From: Bacteriovoracia bacterium
GTDB taxonomy: Bacteria; Bdellovibrionota; UBA1018; CAIPTA01
Length of the DNA stretch: 64,000 nucleotides
Direction: 5' to 3'
NCBI GenBank assembly: GCA_050246755.1
Contig: JBFWVL010000001.1
Coordinates: 544,001 to 608,000, forward strand
The notes under the pieces are model-generated. The model was not told where the DNA came from. It saw only the letters and a list, made by a program, of their open reading frames with translations, and made no database searches. The stretch's first letter is position 1; each line of letters begins with the position of its first letter. This document shows, one piece after another, positions 17,986 through 27,385 of this stretch. Both the position numbers and the translations under genes were made by a program.

Positions 17986-20385
17986 ATGCACATTTTAATT
18001 TTTCTCCTGCTCTCTTTTTCCGCCTCCGCCGGCACGCGCCCCCCCATCCCGCGCGCGTCGCTGGTGGCCCCGATCATCGTGGACGGCCAGTCGCGAGAGC
18101 AAGCCTGGGTATTTCCCAGCACCGACGAAGAACAATTTTTGGTGGAAGCCTCTCCTCTCCTTCTTTCCCTTGGGCCCGAGCTAGTGCCGGCCCGTCTAGA
18201 ATCAATCCGCGCAAAAATCGAATCGGCCGGAGTGATCCGGCTCAAGCGGCTGCGCGACGTGGGCCTTTCGCCCCGCTTCGATCCGCTAACCCTCGAGCTG
18301 GCGATTCAGGTTCCGCCCCAAGCCAAACGCATCCTTACCAAAAATATCGTGGCCCGCGAGGAATCGATTTCGGGAAATACCTATCGCTCCTCCCCCGCGA
18401 GCGCCTACGTGAATCTTCGCACCAGCCAGCCGTTTCAGTATCCGGCCACTGGCCGCAGCTCGCGCCTTCCTTTCGGCGCCACCTTCGATTTTGCGGGAAA
18501 TATTCAGTCGTGGGTCCTGGATTCCGGCGCCACCTATACCGAACGTGATCCCGCACCCTGGAAGCGAAACGATACCGCCCTCATCAAAGACTCCGAAGAA
18601 AAAATGCTTCGCTTCACCGCAGGCGACCAGGTGACTCCGTCCGTAGCCTACCTATCGGGGAAAAATATCGGCGGGATCGGGATCACCCGGGTATTTGCGA
18701 TTCAGCCCAATACCACCACGCAGCCGATTTCTCGTACGGAGCTTCTGCTGAAGCGCCCAAGCCAGGTGGAAGTGATCGTGAACGGCACCGTGCAAAATCA
18801 GCTTCGTTTGCCGGCCGGGCCCGTGAACGTACAAGACTTCCCCCTCGCCAGCGGGTTCAATAATGTGGCCCTTAAAATCACCGACGATCTCGGCAAAGTG
18901 GAAATCGTGAACCTCACTATTTTCTACGATTCCCAGGCCCTGGGAAAAGGCGTGCAATCTTTTTCCTATCACGTGGGGGCGCCCTCCACTCCGCTCGGCG
19001 CCGGCCGCCACTACGAAGGAAAAAACATAAATTTTTCATTTTTTCACCGGAAAGGCCTCTCCGACCGCTTCACCGGCGGCCTATTCGCCCAGGGCGATGA
19101 GCACCAAAATCTGGTAGGCCTGGAGGGCATCCTCATCGGAAAATTCGGCTCCCTCAGCCTCACTCCGGCCGCGAGCCGCATCGCCGGCCTACGGCCCGAC
19201 CTCGCTGGCCGGCTCCGCTACCAAACGCTCGACGGGTACCGCGGCCAGCTTCACCCGCTGCGTTTCTCCCTCGAAAGCGAGTATAAGGGCTGGAGGTTCG
19301 CGCCGGTGGGCGTAACTGAGCCGAGCAATCCCTACGCCTGGTCGCTCGACGGCTATACTCTGTATCGATCCAATGCCGGCATCGATTTCGGCCTGGGAGG
19401 ACTCTATCAATTCCAGCGAGCCTCGCCGGTGGATCGCTGGCAAGGACGCTCCGACTTCACGGCGCTCCTCTCCAACTCCCTGCGCGCCTCGGTGAACTAT
19501 GCCTATACCCACGATGCCCACCGCGAACACCGCGTTTTTCTTTCCTTCACCTGGGTAGAACCGAGCGGCCGACAATACGTGAACGGCAGCTACGATTACC
19601 CCACAAAAACGGAGCGCCTAGATTTAGTGCGCACCGCTGGGCAGCCTTACGATGACGTTCAGCTCGCGGCCGGCCTGCAGCGATCTCCGGAACAAAACAG
19701 CGTGAGTGCCCAGGCCGACTACGTGGCCCAGCGGGCGAATTTCCGCCTAGACCACCAAAGCAATATGCCGCGCGAGCAAGGAAAAACGAACCATATCACC
19801 ACCGCCGGGTTCAGCACGGCTCTGGTTTGGGCCGGCTCCTCCGTTTCTCTATCGCGGCCGATCTACGATAGCTTCGCTATCTTCCCCACGCGAGGCGCGG
19901 CGCGGGGCGAGGAAATCCCCATTAATCCGCAGGGTGATTCTGCCGAAGCCTACGCGGGCGGCTGGCTTCCCGCCGTGGTTCCCGGGGTCAACTCCTACTA
20001 TCAAACTCCCGTCTCCCTTGATACCTCCCGCCTTCCGGCCGGCATAAGCGTGGCCGAAGAATATTTTCACGTGAAGCCCACCTACAAAAGCGGCGTCGAA
20101 GTAATGATCGGCGCCGAAGCCAGCGCCACGGCCATCGGAATTTTAACGGCCAAGGGAAAACCGCTCGCGCTAGCCTCGGGTGAAGTTTTCTCGTCGGAAG
20201 GAAAAGGCGGTTCGGTATTCTTCACGAATAAGCATGGCCAGTTCATCGCCGAGAATCTGCAGCCCGGCACCTACCGCCTGCATTTCTATGAGGGAAATTT
20301 CCGCGATCGCCAGTTTAGCGTTCCGGAAGGCGCCCGTGGTATCGTGCGCTTAGGCAAGCTTCCCGTGGAAGGTGGAGACGAATGA
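17986..20385 (+). CDS. Outer-membrane usher protein
   Basis: About 800 aa; PSQVEVIVNG...LPAGP, LGKGVQSFSY, LSRPIYDSFA and a C-terminal FTNKHGQF domain. Confidence 0.9.
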   Translation: MHILIFLLLSFSASAGTRPPIPRASLVAPIIVDGQSREQAWVFPSTDEEQFLVEASPLLLSLGPELVPARLESIRAKIESAGVIRLKRLRDVGLSPRFDPLTLELAIQVPPQAKRILTKNIVAREESISGNTYRSSPASAYVNLRTSQPFQYPATGRSSRLPFGATFDFAGNIQSWVLDSGATYTERDPAPWKRNDTALIKDSEEKMLRFTAGDQVTPSVAYLSGKNIGGIGITRVFAIQPNTTTQPISRTELLLKRPSQVEVIVNGTVQNQLRLPAGPVNVQDFPLASGFNNVALKITDDLGKVEIVNLTIFYDSQALGKGVQSFSYHVGAPSTPLGAGRHYEGKNINFSFFHRKGLSDRFTGGLFAQGDEHQNLVGLEGILIGKFGSLSLTPAASRIAGLRPDLAGRLRYQTLDGYRGQLHPLRFSLESEYKGWRFAPVGVTEPSNPYAWSLDGYTLYRSNAGIDFGLGGLYQFQRASPVDRWQGRSDFTALLSNSLRASVNYAYTHDAHREHRVFLSFTWVEPSGRQYVNGSYDYPTKTERLDLVRTAGQPYDDVQLAAGLQRSPEQNSVSAQADYVAQRANFRLDHQSNMPREQGKTNHITTAGFSTALVWAGSSVSLSRPIYDSFAIFPTRGAARGEEIPINPQGDSAEAYAGGWLPAVVPGVNSYYQTPVSLDTSRLPAGISVAEEYFHVKPTYKSGVEVMIGAEASATAIGILTAKGKPLALASGEVFSSEGKGGSVFFTNKHGQFIAENLQPGTYRLHFYEGNFRDRQFSVPEGARGIVRLGKLPVEGGDE

Positions 20386-21287
20386 TACTTTTACTGTTAA
20401 TCCTGGCGAAACTCTCGTGGGCCGGCTGCAATAACTTACGCCTGACCCTGGCGAACTCCACCGTGGACCTAACGCCGAATACGGCCCCTTCGCTCAATCT
20501 CACTGTGAAGCGAAGCGGCAGCGGGGGCTGCGATTATTTCATCACCTTCGGCTACGGCAATGCGTCCACCTATGCCGACCGCAAGCTCTCTCAGGGAAGC
20601 TATTCCATTCCCGTGAATATCTACCGCGACAGCAACCATACCCAGATCCTGAAAAAACTTCCCGAAGCAGCGACCGTCACCGACGTGATCTACGGATCCT
20701 TTCCCAGCGGAACGAGCAATCCCAACTCTACCGTGCATACCTACTATCCCCAGCTCGGAACCGTCGCCTACAACCGCTTCGGCGAATATTCGGATACCTA
20801 TACGGTGAGTGTGTACGAATATACGGGAGGCCTATCGGGATCCCTGGAAGACTCGGAGAATCTAAAACTTAAGTACACCATGACGAAAAAGATCGATCTT
20901 TCGCTGATGGCCACGGGCGCGCCCTTTAACGTGGCCGATACCACCGAAACGATGAACTTCGGGACCCTCACGGCGGGCGCGGTACGTACCTTCGATATCG
21001 GAGTGAAATATAATGCCGGTTACCGCGTGCGCCTCTCGTCGGCAAACCAAGGGCGGCTCAAGCATGCTTCCCTCACCGATACGGTTCCTTATACTCTGCA
21101 GGTAAATTCCTCGGCAGTGAACCTCAACGGCAGCAATACTACGCCCATACAAGTTTCCACGGGCACCGGCGTGAGCCCCCCGAATGGCTTGGTCCTTACG
21201 TCTTCTGTCACCATTGGCGCGCTCGGCTCGGCGAGAGCGGGCACCTATTCTGATACGGTAACCGTTACGGTCGTGACCACGGAATAA
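20382..21287 (+). CDS. Two-domain pilus tip adhesin (CsuE/SCPU-like)
   Basis: Signal peptide; N-domain with two Cys ending GEYSDTYTV; pilin domain ending AGTYSDTVTVTVV. Confidence 0.8.
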   Translation: MILLLLILAKLSWAGCNNLRLTLANSTVDLTPNTAPSLNLTVKRSGSGGCDYFITFGYGNASTYADRKLSQGSYSIPVNIYRDSNHTQILKKLPEAATVTDVIYGSFPSGTSNPNSTVHTYYPQLGTVAYNRFGEYSDTYTVSVYEYTGGLSGSLEDSENLKLKYTMTKKIDLSLMATGAPFNVADTTETMNFGTLTAGAVRTFDIGVKYNAGYRVRLSSANQGRLKHASLTDTVPYTLQVNSSAVNLNGSNTTPIQVSTGTGVSPPNGLVLTSSVTIGALGSARAGTYSDTVTVTVVTTE

Positions 21288-21324
21288 TTTGTGGGGCGGC
21301 ATTTCCCCGTGCTTTACTAGATAG

Positions 21325-22203
21325 ATGAAAATCATTTTCTTGTGCTTGCTCCTCCCCCTCACTACCTTCGCCGAAACCAACCGTAACTACGCGGGCGTGA
21401 AAACTTTTTTGGCGCAGCTGGCTGCCAAATACCCCACCGCGGCTCTGCCCTTCGTTCTGGGCGACTCCGACTCCGGCGAAAAAATTCAGGGATTGAAAAT
21501 CGGCAATGGCCCCGTGCGCACCTTAGTGGTGGGCACCCATCACGGCAACGAATACGGTTCCACGGAAGTGGCGCTCGCCTTCGCACAATCAATCGCTGCG
21601 AATCCCATCTCTGGCCAAACCACCTTCGTGATCCCCGTACTGAATATCGGTGGCTATAATAAGCGCGACCGTTACGAGGGGGCCTCCACCGGCCGCCGCA
21701 TGGACCCGAACCGGGACTATCCCGGCCCGTGCGGTACTGAAGGACCCTTTTCGCTAAAATCCACCCGGGCCCTCGCCGATTTCGTGGCCAAAGAAAAAAT
21801 CGTGAGCTCCGCTACTCTCCATACCCACTATCCCGCCGTGGTTTTCCCCTGGGGAATTTCCTCCCACGATCTTGCCACGCCCTATGGCGATATTTTCCAG
21901 CAGTTGGTGGAGGCCGCTACGCTCGAGAGCCGCTATCAAATCGGTAACTCCACGGAAGTGATGTATCCGGCCGACGGAACGTTCGAGGATTACGCTTACT
22001 GGAAACATGGAATTTGGTCGATTTTATTCGAGCTCGGCTTTTCCCATTCGCCTTCCGAGCAGGAAATTCAAAACATGATCAGCGTGAACGTGCCTGGCAT
22101 CCGCCGCATGCTCGTGAAAGCTCCGACCACGCTAGCGCGGAATCATGCCTTTACGGGCGCGTGCGATAGTACGCTGCGTGGCCTAGATCGGCACGACGAG
22201 TAG
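21325..22203 (+). CDS. M14 family zinc carboxypeptidase
   Basis: HGNE, DPNRDY, TLHTH and FELG motifs; signal peptide. Confidence 0.88.
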   Translation: MKIIFLCLLLPLTTFAETNRNYAGVKTFLAQLAAKYPTAALPFVLGDSDSGEKIQGLKIGNGPVRTLVVGTHHGNEYGSTEVALAFAQSIAANPISGQTTFVIPVLNIGGYNKRDRYEGASTGRRMDPNRDYPGPCGTEGPFSLKSTRALADFVAKEKIVSSATLHTHYPAVVFPWGISSHDLATPYGDIFQQLVEAATLESRYQIGNSTEVMYPADGTFEDYAYWKHGIWSILFELGFSHSPSEQEIQNMISVNVPGIRRMLVKAPTTLARNHAFTGACDSTLRGLDRHDE

Positions 22204-22218
22204 TCCGGATTCCGGACT
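22202..22218. repeat. Inverted repeat upstream of the HNH gene
   Basis: AGTCCGGA-T-TCCGGACT; near-copy GTCCGGAAACCGAAC at 10868-10882. Confidence 0.7.
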
Positions 22219-22292
22219 TCGATCCGGCTTCCCGGGGATCTTTGCTTAGTTAGCCTCCCACGCTGTGGCGTGCGCTTTGATTGCTGGCCGGG

Positions 22293-23129
22293 ATGAAACT
22301 CACACAGCTATCCGATGAAAAACTTGCGCATGAAACGGAACGCCTCGCTCACCAAGAGCGCGAGCTCCTAGTTGAAATTCTTTGGCATCTGCAGGAAATA
22401 GACCGGCGACGCCTCTATTCCTCTTTAGGCTATAAATCCCTCTTCGACTACGCCGTTAAAAAGCTCCGCTACGCCCAAGATCAGGCTTACCGGAGAATAT
22501 CCGCGGCGAGACTAATGAGGGAAATTCCCGAAATTGAGCCTAAGATTCATTCGGGCACTCTGACCTTAACCCATATCGGAATGGCCAAGATCGTGTTCAA
22601 AAGGGAAAAATTCTCTCTTGAGGAAAAAGCCGCTCTCCTTAAAAAACTAGAAAATACTTCTACGCGGGAAGCGGCAAAAATTCTTGCCGCTATTTCACCA
22701 GAAGCCCTAAAGCCCGACGCCATTCGCCCCTTGGCGGCCGACCGAGTGGAAATGCGTTTTGTCGCCAACGAGAGCCTTCTCGAGAAAATCGAAAAATTGA
22801 AAGGATTGTTCGCTCATCGCTACCCACACCTGAGCCTTGGCGAGCTATTTGAGGTTCTCTGCGATCAAGTGATCGAAAATCAGACGAAATTTGCGGCGCC
22901 GCAAATTTCAAAACGCCAAAGCGTGGCGGCGAGAAGAAGGGCGGTGCTTGCCCGCGGGCGTTGCGAAAAGTGCGATTCCCGCCACGCCCTCGAGGTGGAT
23001 CACCGCGTGCCGAAAGCCTTAGGGGGTAAGGATACGATAGAAAATCTACGTCTCCTTTGCCGCTCCTGCAACCAACGTGCGGCGATAGAGATTTTCGGCA
23101 TCGACAAGATGGAAAAATACCTAACTTAG
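22293..23129 (+). CDS. HNH endonuclease with long helical N-terminal domain (DUF222-like architecture)
   Basis: C-terminal CEKC...LEVDHRVPKALGGKDTIENLRLLCRSCN; N-terminal HLQEIDRRRLY...GYKSLFDY...AYRRI. Overlaps the convergent ade stop by 4 bp. Confidence 0.9.
   Translation: MKLTQLSDEKLAHETERLAHQERELLVEILWHLQEIDRRRLYSSLGYKSLFDYAVKKLRYAQDQAYRRISAARLMREIPEIEPKIHSGTLTLTHIGMAKIVFKREKFSLEEKAALLKKLENTSTREAAKILAAISPEALKPDAIRPLAADRVEMRFVANESLLEKIEKLKGLFAHRYPHLSLGELFEVLCDQVIENQTKFAAPQISKRQSVAARRRAVLARGRCEKCDSRHALEVDHRVPKALGGKDTIENLRLLCRSCNQRAAIEIFGIDKMEKYLT
22886..22909. repeat. Perfect 24-bp palindrome, copy 2 (inside the HNH coding linker, encodes KFAAPQI)
   Basis: GAAATTTGCGGCGCCGCAAATTTC; 26 bp identical to 10881-10906 including the preceding AC. 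Confidence 0.95.
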
Positions 23130-24793
23130 CCGGCCCTTACGTCGATCACCTTAAACTGATTCACGTCCACCAAGCCTTTATCCGTGAGCTTTAAGGAAGG
23201 AATCACGGGTAAACTGAGGAAAGCCAGCTGCAGAAAGGGCTCGGGCAGCTCACAACCGATCGAGCGGCTCGCTGCCTGCAAATCGAGCAAAGATTTTTCT
23301 ATTTTCTTCGGGCTCTCATTCGACATCAAACCGCCGAACGGTAGCGAAAGCTGCGACTGCACGGCTCCGTCTTTCACCACGCAAAAACCGCCGCCGCTCT
23401 CGATGAGCGCCTTCAGCGCAGCACGCATGTCGGAAGTTTTTTCGCCCACCACGATGAGGTTGTGGCTATCGTGGCCCACGCTCGAGGCGATGGCGCCCCG
23501 GAGTTTCCCAAAGCCCTTTACGTAACCGTTCGCGGGTTTCGATCCGTGGCCATACCGTTCGAGTACCGAGAGTCGCGACACACCAGAATCCGCGCTGTTC
23601 ATAACGAGATGATCCGTAAGGATGCGGCCGTGCTTCACGCCGATCACGTGCACCGGGCCGCTAGGGCCTTCGAGGGAAGCCTCGGTGGGCGCGCCGGCGC
23701 GCACCGTGTTCTGGAATCCACGCGCTGGCGAAGAAGAAGCCGCCAAATCCTCCACCCGGATTCCAGACTTCCATACCTGCGCCACCGTGCACTTGCGCGC
23801 ATCATCGAGCAGCACCAAATCCGCCCGGTACCCCGGGGCAATCGCGCCTAGCCGTCGGATTCCGTAGTGCCGGGCCACGCTCCAGGACGCCGCCCGGTAG
23901 GCGATCTCCGGCTGCACGCCGTATTTAATCGCGCCGCGAATCAGGTGATCGATGTGTCCCTCTTTGGCGATGTCGAGTGGATTTCGGTCATCCGTGCAAA
24001 ACCCCATGCTCGTAGAGGTAGCCAAATTCAGTAAAGGCGAAAGCTCCTCGAGGTCTTTGGCCACGCTGCCCTCGCGAATCCAGCAGGCGATCCCCTTGCG
24101 CATTTTTTCCGCGGCCTCGCGGGCGCCCGAGCTCTCGTGGCAGCTGGAAATCCCTGCGGCGGCATACGCCGAAAGCTCCTTACCGGTAAGCAAAGGACAG
24201 TGCCCGTCGATATGATGGTCCTGAAACGCCTCGAGCTTGTCCCACACGATCGGATCCCCGTGCAAAACGCCGGGCACGTTCATCATCTCGGCGAGCCCGA
24301 GGGCCTTAGGGTGCCTCGCCAAACCCAATAGCTGACCGGCCAAAACCTCTCCGCCGCCATTCGTTTCCATATGCGTAGCCGGCACGCAGGAACTGAGCAT
24401 CACGCGCATATCGAGCGCCATACCCTCGGCGGCTTCGAGAAAATATTTCAGGCCGTCCACGCCGATCACGTTCGTGATCTCGTGGGGATCGCAGACCGCG
24501 GTGGTAGTACCACGGGAGAGAACCACGTCCTGAAAATTCCCGGGAATCATCAAGGAACTTTCCACGTGCACGTGGGCATCGATGAAGCCGGGCACGAGCT
24601 TCCTACGCCGCCCCTGATACACCCGCCGCGCCTTCAACCCGGGTTCCACGCCCACGATCATGCCTTCGTGGATTGCAACGTCGCCGAAAACCCAACGGCA
24701 AGAGAAAACGTCGAAGTAGCGCACGTTCTTGATGAGAAGATCACAGGGAATTTTGCCGAGGGCGGCGTCTACGGTGGAGCGAGAGAGTTTCAT
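23126..24793 (-). CDS. ade: Adenine deaminase
   Basis: PGFIDAHVHVESS, DPHEI, GLAEMMN, DGHCP, CTDDR and GHDSHNL motifs. Confidence 0.93.
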   Translation of the reverse strand: MKLSRSTVDAALGKIPCDLLIKNVRYFDVFSCRWVFGDVAIHEGMIVGVEPGLKARRVYQGRRRKLVPGFIDAHVHVESSLMIPGNFQDVVLSRGTTTAVCDPHEITNVIGVDGLKYFLEAAEGMALDMRVMLSSCVPATHMETNGGGEVLAGQLLGLARHPKALGLAEMMNVPGVLHGDPIVWDKLEAFQDHHIDGHCPLLTGKELSAYAAAGISSCHESSGAREAAEKMRKGIACWIREGSVAKDLEELSPLLNLATSTSMGFCTDDRNPLDIAKEGHIDHLIRGAIKYGVQPEIAYRAASWSVARHYGIRRLGAIAPGYRADLVLLDDARKCTVAQVWKSGIRVEDLAASSSPARGFQNTVRAGAPTEASLEGPSGPVHVIGVKHGRILTDHLVMNSADSGVSRLSVLERYGHGSKPANGYVKGFGKLRGAIASSVGHDSHNLIVVGEKTSDMRAALKALIESGGGFCVVKDGAVQSQLSLPFGGLMSNESPKKIEKSLLDLQAASRSIGCELPEPFLQLAFLSLPVIPSLKLTDKGLVDVNQFKVIDVRAG

Positions 24794-24825
24794 CCGCTAA
24801 GCGTAACGTAGAAAAGAAAACCGGG

Positions 24826-26733
24826 CTAGCGCGTCTCGTAAGGACGGAGAATCTCCGATTGTCCCGCTTCGTTAAATACTTGTAACCGGGCCGGTTCGCC
24901 CGAAGATTTTTCGTCGGTGGCCGAAGACTCCGCGGCTGGCACTAAGCGCAAAGAGCGATACGTGCGGGGGCCTAGAATGCGGCAGTCCGATCCATCTACC
25001 AAACGGCCCTGGGTGTCGAGGCCAAGCAAATGGCCGAACCAAGGTTCGCGAACCGAATCCCGCAAACCACAAGCAGTGGCATCGCCCACCGGAAAAATAT
25101 CGGTGCTTACCGAGTGCGTGCGGGAAATCGCGAAATCGACGATGCGACCGGTGCCCAGCGCCCAGGTAAATGGCCTGGAGCCGTCGAAGGACTCGAAGCG
25201 TAGCTGGCCGTTTTCAGAGAGCAGGCCTCTCAGGAACAGCCCTTCCTGAAATTTCTTGGCGCCGTCGGCTTGAAATCGGGAAGGATGCCAGCTTATTTTT
25301 TCCTCTTCGTAGTCGTCCCATTCGTTCAGCGGCACTAACTCCACCGTGGCCGATTGAAGAACGCGGGTATCATCGATCGCATAAAGCGAGTCCGCCATCA
25401 CGCCGCCATTTCCGTATACCCACGCCCTCGTGGAAATATTCAGGTCCTGGCGAATCACGAACGGCTGTTCGTTGCCGAACCGCGCGCCCATCGAGAAAAT
25501 CCCGCCTTTATCGAGAAAGATGCTCGCCCCCCCGAGGGCCATGAAGAATCGGGAAAGCTCGGGTGGGTTCGGTACCGCGCTCATCACCGACTGGCGCATC
25601 GGGTACGGCGTGAGGATATTTTTTCCTTCGTCCGCGCCGAACTGAACGTAGCGAAGGTCGTTGTCGGGAAGGAGAAAGTTAAAAAATGGATAATCGCCGA
25701 ACGGCACGCGGATACGATTGGCGTCCAGCACCTTCGCCTCGGGGTTGAGTACATCTTTGTAGAGAGAACGGAACCCCTCTTGGGTGCTCCAAGTTACCAA
25801 TCGCTGGGCCGAGGTGAAGAGCATCAGGCCGTTATTGCGCACGCTGAACTCCACACGCTCCACGGTTTCGCCTTCTCTCAGGAAAGAGAGCACGAGGGGA
25901 ACCGGCTCTGGCGAAAACGGATGCAGGAAGGAAACATTATGCTGATCATCGAGGATCGCCACGAGATCGTGGGCCGCGGCGAGCGCGGGCGGCAGGCGGT
26001 TGAAGCGGGTTCCCACCGTGGCCAAAGCCTTGCTGAGCATATATTCGCGGTCCCCCGGGGAAAGATTTTCGCCGAAGAGGCCCACCGCCGCGTAAAAAGC
26101 TGCGCCGTAGGAATAGGCGCCGGCGTCGCTTTCCTTGAGGCTAAAGCGTTCGTCGCAACCGCCCGAGGTTTTGGGAATATCTCCGAGACTGCAGATAACG
26201 TGGCCGGGATCGGAATTGCTCGAGTGCCGCGCCTCGTGCACCAGCACCGATAATGCCTCCAGGGGATCCTGCGTGAAAAAGCTTCCCCCGAGGTAAATCT
26301 TCTTCTCGAATTTTTTGTTGAACGCGATGCTGGTTACTTGGCTGAAATCAAAATCCACTTTTTCCGACATCTTATCCAGGTAGCCGATCGGATCGTGGAG
26401 ATCGGCCTGCAAGCTCGGAGCCCAGGTGGCAGGAAAATGAATCCGTAAATCGGAGGCCAGGCGAAATAACTTGGAGAGCGGGCCGTGGGTTTTGTCCTCG
26501 CAAATGGAAATGCCCGCGGGCACATCCATATTTAATTTCACGGCGGCCCCTCGGTATTCGGCGTCGCCGAGGCAGCGTAGTTTCTCGTAAGAATTCTGGG
26601 ATTCTATAGCCGCCGAGGCCACGTGGCGATCCAAACTGCCGCGGGCGTGAAAAGTTTGCGCAAACCCGCCCAGACCAAGGCCCGCCAGCGCCACAACGAA
26701 AAGCAGTTCTGTTCGGGGACTCTTATTCCGCAT
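24826..26733 (-). CDS. Secreted hypothetical protein with HEXXH zinc motif and beta-rich C-terminus
   Basis: N-terminal hydrophobic segment; LSVLVHEARHS motif; GAYSY downstream. Confidence 0.65.
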   Translation of the reverse strand: MRNKSPRTELLFVVALAGLGLGGFAQTFHARGSLDRHVASAAIESQNSYEKLRCLGDAEYRGAAVKLNMDVPAGISICEDKTHGPLSKLFRLASDLRIHFPATWAPSLQADLHDPIGYLDKMSEKVDFDFSQVTSIAFNKKFEKKIYLGGSFFTQDPLEALSVLVHEARHSSNSDPGHVICSLGDIPKTSGGCDERFSLKESDAGAYSYGAAFYAAVGLFGENLSPGDREYMLSKALATVGTRFNRLPPALAAAHDLVAILDDQHNVSFLHPFSPEPVPLVLSFLREGETVERVEFSVRNNGLMLFTSAQRLVTWSTQEGFRSLYKDVLNPEAKVLDANRIRVPFGDYPFFNFLLPDNDLRYVQFGADEGKNILTPYPMRQSVMSAVPNPPELSRFFMALGGASIFLDKGGIFSMGARFGNEQPFVIRQDLNISTRAWVYGNGGVMADSLYAIDDTRVLQSATVELVPLNEWDDYEEEKISWHPSRFQADGAKKFQEGLFLRGLLSENGQLRFESFDGSRPFTWALGTGRIVDFAISRTHSVSTDIFPVGDATACGLRDSVREPWFGHLLGLDTQGRLVDGSDCRILGPRTYRSLRLVPAAESSATDEKSSGEPARLQVFNEAGQSEILRPYETR

Positions 26734-27325
26734 CGGAAAAGATTCCTTCCACTAGCTCACGCTCCGAGAAAGGCGCGCTGGCCACGATCGAGGCGGGCAG
26801 CCGCGAGATTAGATCCCCGCGTTTTTTCTCGGGCAGAGTCTTGATCCAAGCCGTAAGGTTTTTCAGCGCTTGCCGCCGCACCAGCATATTTTCGCGAGGG
26901 CGCAGCGCGAGGCCGCGATAGAAGGCGAATAGTGCGGCACGTTCCGCTTCGCCCATTCGCTCCCCGTAAGCCGACGAAAGCGCCTTCAGAATTCCCATTC
27001 GGCTCACTAGTTCCAGTTGAAAGCCCCGCTCATCCCGCGGATAGGAGCGGCGGAACCGTGCGCTCAGGATGGGCTCGAGATCCGCGAAGCGCTGCGAGCC
27101 TAAAATTTGGGCATCGAAGAGAGCGGAAAATAATTCGGCGCCATGGCCGCGCAGAAGAACCTCGGCAGTTTTCCCCGGAGAAGGAGGAGGAACTGCAACG
27201 GGAGCGCTGGAATCCTGGAGCTGAGGAGAAAGAGGAGCGGAAACGGGCGGCGACTCGGTGGAAAGTATCCAGCCGAGGGCGAAGAAAGCGCAAAAAAAAC
27301 CGAGACTCCAGCCGAGAAGTTTCAT
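26723..27325 (-). CDS. Hypothetical N-terminally anchored helical protein
   Basis: TM/signal, then a Pro-rich linker and helical domain; overlaps the next gene by 11 bp. Confidence 0.6.
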   Translation of the reverse strand: MKLLGWSLGFFCAFFALGWILSTESPPVSAPLSPQLQDSSAPVAVPPPSPGKTAEVLLRGHGAELFSALFDAQILGSQRFADLEPILSARFRRSYPRDERGFQLELVSRMGILKALSSAYGERMGEAERAALFAFYRGLALRPRENMLVRRQALKNLTAWIKTLPEKKRGDLISRLPASIVASAPFSERELVEGIFSDAE

Positions 27326-27332
27326 TTCTTTC

Positions 27333-27359
27333 TCTTCGGTAGATCCCGGCTTTTCTTGG
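27333..27359 (-). promoter_or_regulatory. Possible sigma28 promoter, leaderless
   Basis: CCAA(G)-N15-ACCGAAGA, 7 nt before ATG 27325. Confidence 0.35.
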
Positions 27360-27385
27360 AAGAATTCCCCCGCTACACGGAAAAA

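Noticed and set aside
22266-22281. Sigma54-like TGGCGT-N5-TTGAT upstream of the HNH gene
   Set aside because: The -12 element is GA rather than the conserved GC; too weak to call.
22293-23129. HNH protein as an IscB/Cas9-like RNA-guided nuclease or restriction enzyme
   Set aside because: No RuvC or PLMP motifs, no adjacent array or room for a long ncRNA, and no methyltransferase nearby.
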